A stretch of DNA of 44,344 bases. Source: an uncultured Chryseobacterium sp. (lineage in GTDB: Bacteria > Bacteroidota > Bacteroidia > Flavobacteriales > Schleiferiaceae). Both the position numbers and the translations under genes were made by a program. The notes beneath the pieces are model-generated. The model was not told the DNA's origin. It was given only the letters and a program-made list of their open reading frames with translations, and ran no database searches. The DNA lies in contig CAZDPF010000001.1 of the NCBI GenBank assembly GCA_964507215.1, positions 1 to 44,344 on the forward strand. Reading direction: 5' to 3'. Below, one piece after another: positions 8,467 to 17,029 of the stretch (position 1 is the first letter of the stretch; every line of letters begins with the position of its first letter).

Positions 8467-9810
8467 TTATCTCAGGTACAACCAAGGTTGTGGATTCTGC
8501 ACTTTATCTACCAACCAAATTTCGAAGTGCAACTGGGTTTTTCCGTCTTTCGGATCAGTGAAAATCAAACCGATTTCTTGCTTAGTGGTCACCTTATCGC
8601 CTTCTTTCACATAAACCTGTACCAGGTTGTCATATACGGTAAAGTAGTTTCCATGACGGATGATCACCGCTTTGTTTCCGTATGGTATTCTGATTATGCC
8701 ACTGACTTCTCCATCAAAAACGGCCCTTGCGGCGCTTCCGCTTTCCGTAGCGATGTCGATGCCGTTGTTATTCACAATTACCCCTTTGGCCACCGGGTGC
8801 GGATGTCTACCGAAGGAAGAAGTGATAATGCCCTTTTCTACCGGCCAGGGGAGTTGCCCTTTGTTCTTGGTAAAATTAGCGGCCAGTTCGCGGGCTTCTG
8901 GCGTGAGCTCGTAGGCAGGTGAAGGGGTTTCAGCAGGCTTGCTCTTTTGGCTTTCTCGCTTCTTCTTGATCAGCTCCTTGAGCTTGTCGTTGGTGGTTTT
9001 GCTGCTAAAGTCTTTGCCTTTTGTCAAGCCTACAGCAGTGGCTTCGTCTTCCAGCTGCCTGCGGATGGCTTGCTCTTTGGCTCTTCGAATTTCTTCTTCA
9101 ATAATGCGTTGAATTTCTGCTTCCAACATCTCGCTTTGCTTGCGCTTGGCTTCAATTTCTTCCAACAACTGTTTCTCTTGCTGCCGCAATTCAGAGATGG
9201 CAGATTCCGTTTTCTCTCGATCTGCGCGCATCATTTTCACCTCCTGCTCACGTGCTTTGAGCAGCTGTTCTTTTTCCGCCTTCGACTTTTCTAGCTCCGT
9301 CAAATCTTCTTGTAGCGCCAGTTGTTCTTCTGCAATTCGCTCTACTTGCCTCCGGCGATGTTCGGCCAACTGCTTCATGTATTCCAGTCGCTTGAAGGCT
9401 TGATTGAAATCTTTGGAAGACAACAAAAACATCAAGCGACTGCTGCTGCTATTGCTTCTTCGGGCACCGCGAATCATACTTGCATATTCTTGGCGCATAC
9501 GTGCTACTTCTGCCTCATGGGCGGCTATATTCTGATTGATGGCTTCTATCTCTTCCTGCAACAAATCGAGTTCTCGCTGCATGGTGCGCAGGAGGCGCTC
9601 ACGAATGCCTATTTTTTGAATGAGTGCTTCTACCTGTCCTACGCTCAACTCTTTGTTCTGACGGGTTTCTTCTAAAATCTTGTTGGCCAGTTCAATCTCA
9701 TCCTGCAGTCGAACTTTCTGCAATTGCAATTTGTCTTTTCGCTTTTCTTGGGCCAATGTCTCTCCAGAAAACCATCCAATAAAAACCAAGAATAGGATCC
9801 ACTTCTTCAT
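8467..9810 (-). CDS. EnvC-like murein hydrolase activator (coiled coil plus degenerate M23/LytM domain)
   Basis: Signal peptide, then a roughly 300-aa Glu/Lys/Gln-rich coiled coil, then a C-terminal LytM fold (SSFGRHPHP...GIDIA...YGN..IIRHGN...LHFEIW). Three of the five catalytic or metal residues are substituted (see findings). Confidence 0.88.
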   Translation of the reverse strand: MKKWILFLVFIGWFSGETLAQEKRKDKLQLQKVRLQDEIELANKILEETRQNKELSVGQVEALIQKIGIRERLLRTMQRELDLLQEEIEAINQNIAAHEAEVARMRQEYASMIRGARRSNSSSSRLMFLLSSKDFNQAFKRLEYMKQLAEHRRRQVERIAEEQLALQEDLTELEKSKAEKEQLLKAREQEVKMMRADREKTESAISELRQQEKQLLEEIEAKRKQSEMLEAEIQRIIEEEIRRAKEQAIRRQLEDEATAVGLTKGKDFSSKTTNDKLKELIKKKRESQKSKPAETPSPAYELTPEARELAANFTKNKGQLPWPVEKGIITSSFGRHPHPVAKGVIVNNNGIDIATESGSAARAVFDGEVSGIIRIPYGNKAVIIRHGNYFTVYDNLVQVYVKEGDKVTTKQEIGLIFTDPKDGKTQLHFEIWLVDKVQNPQPWLYLR

Positions 9811-10592
9811 GGGGTTGACTGATAGGATGAAGGAATGCTGAAGGGGAATCGCTGCGGCTGCACACTGGCTTCTTGAATGTCTAGCAGCAGTTTAGTAGGG
9901 GCGCTGCTGAGTAAATCCATTTGCCAATGGGAGGGATAGAACAGTCCGGGGGCGGCTTCACGATAAGCTTCATACTTCACTAGTAATCGGTCTGCGTTAT
10001 TGGTCCAGCCCACGCCGAAAGAAGATGGCCTCCAAGGACCTGCAATCATTAAAGGGTCGAGGAGACGGAGTTCAGCATTAATGGCTACCCGATGCGGATA
10101 TAAGGCCAAAACCGTTTGGCTGAGCGCTGCGGCTGAGTCTATAGAAAACTGCACCGGTAGATTGGCGAGTAGTGCAGCCTGAAGCGCTTCAAAGGGCACC
10201 TCCAAACCCAACATTTCCCTAATGCCAGAAGCGTCTCCGGTCTTATAGGTTTTCTCCAACTTATTGTACATCGCAAAACTGTCTGGAAGCAGAATAGCCC
10301 GCACAATGGGAATGCCCAGAATGGGATCAGAAAAATTCATCCAGATCAGACTGTCTTTCCGCATGCGCATCTCCAACTGAAATGAAGTTCTCGATCCGTT
10401 CTGCTCCATGGCGGCCGAGGCCTTGAACGAAAAGAAGTTGGGTTCTAAGCGATGGCTTGCCCACAGTGTTTCCAAGCTTCCTTTTCGCCCATCCCAATTG
10501 GCCATTGGGTGTTCCACTAGCTTGCGCTTGCCTTTACAAGAAGAAAATCCCAAGAGCAAAATCCAACAAAAAAGCAAGCCGAACTTACTCAT
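9807..10592 (-). CDS. DUF4292-like lipoprotein
   Basis: Trimmed to Met12 (reverse-strand ATG at 10590-10592): MSKFGLLFCWILLLGFSSC lipobox. It lies between a TPR protein and the M23-like protein, an arrangement I recall as conserved for DUF4292 in Bacteroidota. There is a 4-nt overlap with the downstream gene and an 8-nt overlap with the upstream gene. Confidence 0.6.
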   Translation of the reverse strand: MSKFGLLFCWILLLGFSSCKGKRKLVEHPMANWDGRKGSLETLWASHRLEPNFFSFKASAAMEQNGSRTSFQLEMRMRKDSLIWMNFSDPILGIPIVRAILLPDSFAMYNKLEKTYKTGDASGIREMLGLEVPFEALQAALLANLPVQFSIDSAAALSQTVLALYPHRVAINAELRLLDPLMIAGPWRPSSFGVGWTNNADRLLVKYEAYREAAPGLFYPSHWQMDLLSSAPTKLLLDIQEASVQPQRFPFSIPSSYQSTP

Positions 10593-12294
10593 AGCGCTGG
10601 TTTTCAATCTTAAAAAGCAACTCATCAGACGGACTTGGACTCAGATCTCGAGCCTCTATCCAGCGTTGTATGGCTTCTTCCTTCCGGTTCAGATGAAACA
10701 AAATATCGCCCAGATGTTCCAACAATTCTGAAGAGGGACTTTCTACCAATGCCAATGCCTTTTCTTGAAGCGTTAGGGCCTCTTGGTGCCGGTTCATCTT
10801 GAAGAGCACCCAGGCCCAGGTATCTATGAAGGTAGGATTGTTGGCACTCAAACGATTGCTTTTCTCTGTCATTTCCAGTGCTTTGGAGAGTTTTTCTCCG
10901 CGAACTGCCAGATAGTAAGCATAATTGTTCAAGGTACCTGCATTGTTGGGGTCTATGCGCAGCGCCTGCTCAAAGGCTTGGTCAGACGCTTGGTGCTTCG
11001 CCTGTTGATGATACACTTGCGCCAAGGTAGCATGCAGTTCGGCCTGTAGTTGGCGGTTTCCGTAGGCCAGATCCAATCCAGCTTGTAGCCATTCCGCTGC
11101 CTGATCGTAAGCTTCCAATTGCGAATGGGCAATACCAGCCAGCAGATAAGGAAAAGCCTGAGACGGGAAAAGATCGATGGTCTTTTGTGCGTCTTCTGTT
11201 AGTGCTTGCCAATCTGCAAGTTCGGCATCTATGAGAAGGATTTGCTGCCAGATTTCGAAGCGATCACCTTCGGGCAAAGTGGTGGCTTTCAAAAAGGCCG
11301 TTTTTGCCTCAGCTTTATGGCCATCGCGCAAGAGAAAATCACCTTTCACCGACCAGCTTCTTGGGTCTGAAGGCGCTGATTGCACCGTAAGTTCTACCAG
11401 CTCATAGGCCTTCACTGTTAGGGCACTATCTCCCTGACTCTTGCTGTAGAGGTTCATGAGCACCGCCACCTTGTCGTCTATATCGAGCTCTTCATTGCCC
11501 ATGGCCACTTTGAGGTAGCCGTACGCCTTCTCAAATTGCTGATGGTCTTGATAATAGCGCGCAAGTCGCAGATTAGCCACTGGTTGAATGGAATAAGCGG
11601 CTACAATCTCCAGCCAGAGGTCTCGGGCATCGTCATACCTCCCATTCACCGCCAGCACCTCCGCCATTTCCAAGCGGTAATTGAAATCACCCGGAAAGGC
11701 ATCCACCAAAACCTGTAGTTCATCCAAGGCCTTGTTGAGCTCACCCAGTTCGAGGTAAATCTGCTTTTTCTGCAGCACTACCTCCGGTTCTATTCCGCGC
11801 AGCTTTTGCAATTGGTTGAGGCAATCCAAGGCATCGTCAAAGGCCTCCTTCTCTATGTAAAGGCCTGTGAGCAAGTAGAGCGGATCTGATGATTCTGGCT
11901 GTCTTTTGGAAAGCGTTTGAACAATTTCGATGGCCCGATCCACCATTTGGAGCTCGATATAGAGCTGGGCGGCTTGTTGAAAATGCCAATCTTGTACGTC
12001 TTCTGCCTCCAAGCTCTGCTCAGCGTAGTCTATGGCTTCAGCAGGTCTGCGCAATTGATGACAGAGCACACTTAACTCCCCTAGAATTACCGCATGCCCA
12101 GGCTGCAAGCTGTCGCAGCGCTGAAAAGCCTTTAAGGCTTGTTCGTATCGCTGGGTGTTCTTGAAAACCTGGGCCTGCCAAAAGCTTTTATCAAAAGCCG
12201 CCGCCTCCCCCACTTGCGGATCCTCCGGAGCTTGCTGCGCCAGCAACCCAAAGGAGAGGAGAATAAAACAAGAGAAGAGGAGGCGTTGGATCAA
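10585..12294 (-). CDS. Tetratricopeptide-repeat (TPR) protein, secreted
   Basis: 569 aa with a signal peptide (MIQRLLFSCFILLSFGLLAQ). It has many 34-aa helical repeats with the A/Y/L periodic pattern (e.g. ...YEQALKAFQRC..., ...NNYAYYLAVRGEKLSKALEM...). Confidence 0.82.
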   Translation of the reverse strand: MIQRLLFSCFILLSFGLLAQQAPEDPQVGEAAAFDKSFWQAQVFKNTQRYEQALKAFQRCDSLQPGHAVILGELSVLCHQLRRPAEAIDYAEQSLEAEDVQDWHFQQAAQLYIELQMVDRAIEIVQTLSKRQPESSDPLYLLTGLYIEKEAFDDALDCLNQLQKLRGIEPEVVLQKKQIYLELGELNKALDELQVLVDAFPGDFNYRLEMAEVLAVNGRYDDARDLWLEIVAAYSIQPVANLRLARYYQDHQQFEKAYGYLKVAMGNEELDIDDKVAVLMNLYSKSQGDSALTVKAYELVELTVQSAPSDPRSWSVKGDFLLRDGHKAEAKTAFLKATTLPEGDRFEIWQQILLIDAELADWQALTEDAQKTIDLFPSQAFPYLLAGIAHSQLEAYDQAAEWLQAGLDLAYGNRQLQAELHATLAQVYHQQAKHQASDQAFEQALRIDPNNAGTLNNYAYYLAVRGEKLSKALEMTEKSNRLSANNPTFIDTWAWVLFKMNRHQEALTLQEKALALVESPSSELLEHLGDILFHLNRKEEAIQRWIEARDLSPSPSDELLFKIENQRYE

Positions 12295-12300
12295 AGGCTG

Positions 12301-13308
12301 TTATTGTTCTAGGGTGGTATAATCGCCAATGCTCACATGCTGGAAGTGCCCATCGAAACGAACGCTATTGCCAATCATGGAGTTGTGGAGTTTAACATTT
12401 TGAATGAGGCTGTTTTCCCCAACAATTGACTTGCTGATTACGGCATGATTGAGTTGGGTGCCCGCGCCAATAGAAACGCCCGGACCCACTTCAGAATTGC
12501 GAATTACGGCTCCTGCACCAATAAAACATGGCGGATGGATGGTGCTGTTTTCAATGACAGCATCTGCAGCCTGCAAGTTTTCTTGTCCCTCAATGAAGCC
12601 CAATACTTTGGCATTGGTATCAACGGTGATGTCTTTGTTGCCGCAGTCCATCCACTCATTCACTGTTCCGCTGGTGAATTTCAAACCCTTATTGGTCATA
12701 TTCATCAAACCATCAGTCAGTTGATATTCACCGCGGTCCATGATGTTGTTGTCGAGCAAATACTGCAGCTCTTTGCGCAAATTGCCGCCATCCTTGAAGT
12801 AATAAATACCAATGATGGCCTCGTCTGAAACAAATTCTTCAGGCTTCTCAACGAAGTCAGTAATGATGCCTTCAGCATTCTTCTTGACCACGCCAAATTG
12901 CCTTGGATCATCTACTCTCTTGGTCCAGATTACGCCGTCTGAATCTGTATTCAGGGTGAAGTCGGCGCGGAACAAGGTATCGGCAAAGGCCACTACTACG
13001 GGGCCTTCTAGACTATCGGCCGCACACATAATGGCATGGGCCGTACCTAGTGGAGTGTCTTGGTAGTAAATGCTTCCCTTGGCCCCTTGGCTTTCCGCCA
13101 CTCTCACCAAGTCTTTTTCTACTTGTTCCCCAAAATCGCCAATGATGAAGGCCACTTCATCTACTTGTTGGCCGCAAACTGCCACGATATCTTCTACCAA
13201 ACGCTGCACGATAGGCTTGCCAGCAATAGGCAATAAAGGTTTGGGAACTGTGAGCGTATGAGGGCGCATGCGTTTGCCGCGACCGGCCATTGGGACAATA
13301 ATTTTCAT
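12301..13308 (-). CDS. Sugar-phosphate nucleotidyltransferase with C-terminal left-handed beta-helix
   Basis: N-terminal MKIIVPMAGRGKRMRP...PKPLLPIAGKP (GxGxR NTP-transferase signature). The C-terminus has hexapeptide-like repeats (IGAGAVIRNSEVGPGVSIGAGT...). Confidence 0.82.
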   Translation of the reverse strand: MKIIVPMAGRGKRMRPHTLTVPKPLLPIAGKPIVQRLVEDIVAVCGQQVDEVAFIIGDFGEQVEKDLVRVAESQGAKGSIYYQDTPLGTAHAIMCAADSLEGPVVVAFADTLFRADFTLNTDSDGVIWTKRVDDPRQFGVVKKNAEGIITDFVEKPEEFVSDEAIIGIYYFKDGGNLRKELQYLLDNNIMDRGEYQLTDGLMNMTNKGLKFTSGTVNEWMDCGNKDITVDTNAKVLGFIEGQENLQAADAVIENSTIHPPCFIGAGAVIRNSEVGPGVSIGAGTQLNHAVISKSIVGENSLIQNVKLHNSMIGNSVRFDGHFQHVSIGDYTTLEQ

Positions 13309-13351
13309 GGGTTGGGAGATTTAAAGTGTGTGTGGTGTATGTGGTGTTGAT

Positions 13352-13819
13352 TTAGTTCTTTTTGATGCCGGTGCTTCCGAAACCGCCGCTTCCTCTTTCC
13401 GTGTCTGAAAGTGCCTCCACGGCCACCCACTGCGCCCTGGCGTGCTTGGCGATCACCAGTTGGGCAATGCGTTCTCCGGGTTCAAGGGTGTAGGGTACAT
13501 TGGAAAGATTGACTACAATCACGCCTATTTCCCCTCGATAATCAGCATCTATGGTACCCGGACTATTCACCAGTCCGATGCCATGTTTTAGGGCCAAGCC
13601 GCTTCGAGGTCTCACTTGTGCTTCATAACCAGGCGGCAATTCGATACGCAAACCCGTGGGAATCAGACTTCGTTCAAGGGGAAGAAGGCTTATGGGATGG
13701 CTGAGTTCTGCATACAAATCCATCCCCGCTGAAAGTGGAGTTTTATAAGCCGGAAGCTCGTGCGAGCCCGTATAGATCACTTTTACCGCTACTTCCTCTG
13801 CGGGAGGATGTGTTGCCAT
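13352..13819 (-). CDS. dut: dUTP diphosphatase
   Basis: Trimmed to the reverse-strand ATG at 13817-13819 (155 aa). dUTPase motifs are present: [36 protein letters not shown]. The 113 extra codons of the track ORF overlap the flippase gene in another frame and are rejected. Confidence 0.92.
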   Translation of the reverse strand: MATHPPAEEVAVKVIYTGSHELPAYKTPLSAGMDLYAELSHPISLLPLERSLIPTGLRIELPPGYEAQVRPRSGLALKHGIGLVNSPGTIDADYRGEIGVIVVNLSNVPYTLEPGERIAQLVIAKHARAQWVAVEALSDTERGSGGFGSTGIKKN

Positions 13820-15243
13820 GTTGATCGCTCTATCAGTAGTACTATCATGAGATAAGGGAGCAAAGCCAAGAGAGCCCATAGACCCCAGAGCGCTTGCACC
13901 TTCCACGCAAAGAAACCCAAAAGGAGGGAACTGATAAAATAGGTCAGCAAGACCTTCCAAGCATAAGGAACAGGGGCATATTTCCGGCCCAGAAGCGCGT
14001 TCAAGATGGCCATCACCAAGTAGGAGATGAAGGTGGCCCAAGCGGCTCCCATCCAGCCCATTTGTGGAATCCACCAAAGGTTCAAGCCTATGGTGAACAA
14101 CAATCCAACACCGGTTACAATGCCAGCAAACCAGGTTTTGTTGGCCAATTTGTACCAAATAGACAGATGGGTATTCAGGCCTAATACAAAATTGGCCGCA
14201 AAGAGAATGGGGGCTGCTTGTAAACCGGCCCAGAATTTCTCATCAATAAAATGCTTGATCACTGGGAGGGCGGCATTCAAACCTATCACCACTGCACCAA
14301 GTACCAAGGTGAAATAACGCAAAACACGGGCATTCATCTGTCTGCTATCGCCGGTTTCGCTATCAAGACGAAAAAAGAATGGCTCAGCCGCATAGCGATA
14401 GGCCTGCACAAAGAGCACCAAAAAGATAGAGAGTTTGTAAATGGCTCCATAAATGCCCAAATCATCCATTGAAGTGGCCTCGGGCAATAGGTATTTGAGA
14501 AACTGTCTGTCGGCCAATTCATTGGCAATACCCGCCAATCCGGCCAGCATCAAGGGCAAACCATACAGCAGCATTTTACGCAGCAGTACCCCATCAAAAG
14601 TTCTCCAGAGAAGAAGTGGTTTAAACTGCGGCAAGAGCAAAAACAGCATGGTCATAGAGGCCAATCCATTCGCCAACAACACATAGCCTACTAAATCGCC
14701 AGCTTCAAAAAATGGCAAGGCAAAAGTTCCAGGTGCCATCCACCAGAAGAAATACAAGTTGGCCAAGATGTTTACACCAATGAGGCTCATTTTCACCGTT
14801 ACAAACCACACTGCCTTTCCATTCAATCGCAAGCGGGCAAAAGGCAAAGCAGCCAAGACATCCAAGCAAAGAATCCAAACCATGAGGCGGAGGTACCACT
14901 CATGGCCTTCATAGCGCAATAGATGGGCAATGGCCTCCAAGCGCCATTCAAAGAAGAAGTAGAAGACTGCTGTGGTGAAAAGCAAGGAAAACTGAGCGGT
15001 GGCGAAAACCTGATCCTGACTTTGACTCTTGCTGCCGTGGTAGAAATAGGCGGTCTCCATGCCATAGGTGAGCAGAACAATGAGTACAGCCACCCAAACG
15101 TATAAATCGGTAACGGTACCAAACTCTCCTCTGGCCATTGCTGCCGTGTGGATGGGCACCAATAAAAAATTCAACAGCCTACCCAATATGCTGGGCAGCC
15201 CATACAATGCCGTTTGACCGACTAATTTTTTTAGCGAAGACAC
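13789..15243 (-). CDS. Polysaccharide biosynthesis / oligosaccharide flippase family membrane protein (MOP/Wzx-like)
   Basis: 484 aa and very hydrophobic, with about 12-14 predicted TM helices and an N-terminus ...[18 protein letters not shown] typical of Wzx-like proteins. It starts with GTG at 15243 (reverse-strand cac at 15241-15243). Its 3' end overlaps dut by 31 nt. Confidence 0.8.
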   Translation of the reverse strand: MSSLKKLVGQTALYGLPSILGRLLNFLLVPIHTAAMARGEFGTVTDLYVWVAVLIVLLTYGMETAYFYHGSKSQSQDQVFATAQFSLLFTTAVFYFFFEWRLEAIAHLLRYEGHEWYLRLMVWILCLDVLAALPFARLRLNGKAVWFVTVKMSLIGVNILANLYFFWWMAPGTFALPFFEAGDLVGYVLLANGLASMTMLFLLLPQFKPLLLWRTFDGVLLRKMLLYGLPLMLAGLAGIANELADRQFLKYLLPEATSMDDLGIYGAIYKLSIFLVLFVQAYRYAAEPFFFRLDSETGDSRQMNARVLRYFTLVLGAVVIGLNAALPVIKHFIDEKFWAGLQAAPILFAANFVLGLNTHLSIWYKLANKTWFAGIVTGVGLLFTIGLNLWWIPQMGWMGAAWATFISYLVMAILNALLGRKYAPVPYAWKVLLTYFISSLLLGFFAWKVQALWGLWALLALLPYLMIVLLIERSTWQHILPQRK

Positions 15244-15248
15244 CAGCT

Positions 15249-15256
15249 CAAAGGTA
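15249..15256 (-). promoter_or_regulatory. -7 box TACCTTTG, 5 nt upstream of the flippase GTG start
   Basis: The minus strand reads tgTACCTTTGagctgGTG, a perfect TAnnTTTG match in a leaderless-type geometry. Confidence 0.4.
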
Positions 15257-15295
15257 CATTGAACAGACCCTACGGTTAAAGCTGAGCCTCGCTGC

Positions 15296-15303
15296 TATCT
15301 TTG
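15296..15303 (+). promoter_or_regulatory. -7 box TATCTTTG for the M28 peptidase/gpsA operon
   Basis: Perfect TAnnTTTG match 22 nt upstream of the ATG at 15326, in the 82-nt divergent intergenic region. Confidence 0.45.
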
Positions 15304-15325
15304 CGAACCTTCACTTCAGAAAAAC

Positions 15326-17029
15326 ATGAAACAGATTCGCCTATTTATTCTGTTGCTCTCAGGCTTGGTGGCTGGGTGGCCACTATCTGCACAACAACAA
15401 AGAGCAATGGATTGCCCTACCCTTGAGCTTGAGTTCAAGGAGCAATTGCGAGAGTATATACAGTATCTCGCATCGGATGACTTGCGGGGAAGATATCCCG
15501 GAACCGAAGGCGAGCGAATGGCCGCAGAATACATCGCGAAAGAGTTTCAGGCCGCCGGCATCAGACCAGGAGCCGAAGGGGAGCAGTACTACCAAGAGTT
15601 TTCTATTTACGATGGCGTGGAGTATCTCGAAGACAATGAGATGGAAGTCAAGGGCAAAAGTTTGTCTGTTGGAGAGGGGTACTACGCAACCGTTTACAGC
15701 GCCAACGGCGAGTACGAAGGGAAATCGGTTGCCGTGGGCTTTGGCATCCAAGCCGCCGAGCATCAACACGACGATTATGCCGGAGTAGACATAAAAGGAA
15801 AAGCCGTTGTAATAGATGTGTCTTCACCCGATGGCATTCATCCGCACTCGAAATTTTTAGACTATCACGATTTAGGGAAACGCATCGACAAAGCGGTTGA
15901 AATGGGAGCCGCTGCTGTGATCTTGATCGACCCAAGTGAGAGCGGAGCACCTGCCAAGGATTTCAAACTTCGCCGGAGCAAAAAGATTCCGGTGGTCTTT
16001 GTTAAAGAGGCCAAGGCCGTGCGCAAGTTGCAGAAAAACAGCAAGGTGGAAATTGAAGTGAACTTGCGTGATGTGGAGTTAAATGCGCGCAATGTGATTG
16101 GTTATCTCGATAAAGGCGCGGAATACACAGTGGTGATTGGCGCCCATTATGACCACCTTGGCATGGGAGGGGAAGGCTCACTGTATCGCGGTGAACCCGC
16201 CGTTCACAATGGAGCCGATGATAACGCCAGCGGAGTGGCTGGATTGATTGCTTTGGCACGCACCCTCAGCAAATACCCTGAAATGGGCGGGCTGGGAGCA
16301 CGCAACTACTTATTTGTGGCTTTTTCTGGTGAAGAGAAAGGCCTGTTGGGCTCCAATTTCTTCGTGAAATCGAAGGCCATGCAGCGCGATTTTGTGGATT
16401 ATATGATCAATATGGACATGATTGGCCATTTGAATGAAGATGGCGTTCTGGTAGTCAATGGCACCGGTACCTCCCCTATTTTCAAGGAAGTGATTCGCGA
16501 AACTCCCTGTGTAGAAGTGCGCATTAACGCTACAGAAGGCGGCATCGGCCCTAGCGACCATACTTCGTTTTACAATGTGAAGATTCCGGCCATACACTTC
16601 TTCACCGGTGCCCATGAACACTACCACAAACCTTCTGATGACGAGGTGATTATCAATTACAGTGGTTTGCAAAGTGTGCTCAATTACATACTCTATGTGA
16701 TTCAGACGGTGAACCAGGAAGAACGTCTCAAATTCACGCCTACTACCGAAGCCAATGAATCAAAAGCCCCGCGCTTCAGCGTTACTTTAGGGGTAGTTCC
16801 AGATTACGCCTATGCTGGTGAAGGAATGCGCATTGATGGCGTAAGCGAAGGAAAACCTGCCGCTTTGGCGGGCTTGCAGAAAGGAGACATTGTGCTCGGT
16901 TTGGGGGAATACCGGGTGTCTGATATGATGAGTTATATGGAAGCCCTAGGGGCTTTCAAGAAAGGAGACCTCACAGAGGCTACTATTTTGCGCGATGGAG
17001 CCGCCATGGGGGTGGAGATTCAATTTTAA
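15326..17029 (+). CDS. M28-family aminopeptidase with PA domain and C-terminal PDZ domain
   Basis: Signal peptide. M28 zinc-ligand regions are present (IGAHYDHLG, NGADDNASG, SGEEKGLLGS, MINMDMIG, GPSDHTSF). There is a PA-like insert, and a C-terminal PDZ (GKPAALAGLQKGDIVLGLG). Confidence 0.86.
   Translation: MKQIRLFILLLSGLVAGWPLSAQQQRAMDCPTLELEFKEQLREYIQYLASDDLRGRYPGTEGERMAAEYIAKEFQAAGIRPGAEGEQYYQEFSIYDGVEYLEDNEMEVKGKSLSVGEGYYATVYSANGEYEGKSVAVGFGIQAAEHQHDDYAGVDIKGKAVVIDVSSPDGIHPHSKFLDYHDLGKRIDKAVEMGAAAVILIDPSESGAPAKDFKLRRSKKIPVVFVKEAKAVRKLQKNSKVEIEVNLRDVELNARNVIGYLDKGAEYTVVIGAHYDHLGMGGEGSLYRGEPAVHNGADDNASGVAGLIALARTLSKYPEMGGLGARNYLFVAFSGEEKGLLGSNFFVKSKAMQRDFVDYMINMDMIGHLNEDGVLVVNGTGTSPIFKEVIRETPCVEVRINATEGGIGPSDHTSFYNVKIPAIHFFTGAHEHYHKPSDDEVIINYSGLQSVLNYILYVIQTVNQEERLKFTPTTEANESKAPRFSVTLGVVPDYAYAGEGMRIDGVSEGKPAALAGLQKGDIVLGLGEYRVSDMMSYMEALGAFKKGDLTEATILRDGAAMGVEIQF

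Noticed and set aside
8950-9720. Apparent repetitiveness (GAA/CAG/AAG-rich, many short antisense ORFs) inside the EnvC-like gene.
   Set aside because: It is explained by the Glu/Lys/Gln/Leu-rich coiled-coil coding sequence. I found no exact DNA tandem repeat units.
12301-13308. Nucleotidyltransferase gene considered as a possible signalling (CD-NTase or other defence-type) enzyme.
   Set aside because: The N-terminal GxGxR...PKPLLP motif and the C-terminal hexapeptide beta-helix are those of sugar-1-phosphate nucleotidyltransferases. The operon context is envelope biogenesis.
13309-13351. GT-rich tract (gtgtgtgtggtgtatgtggtgttg) between dut and the nucleotidyltransferase gene, considered as a microsatellite or phase-variation tract.
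   Set aside because: It is not a perfect tandem repeat: GT and GGT units are interrupted. It is only about 25 nt long and lies in an intra-operon spacer. There is no evidence of slippage-prone homopolymer or unit repetition.
13820-14158. 5' extension of the dut ORF (track ORF 13352..14158, 268 aa). Similar long N-terminal extensions occur on 3280..4314, 4069..5058, 23323..24687, 19371..21590 and 41594..42313.
   Set aside because: The extensions overlap neighbouring genes or promoter elements and have no family similarity. Internal ATGs give canonical N-termini (dUTPase, PanC HxGH region, PurD MKVLLLGSGGRE, signal peptides, receiver domain).
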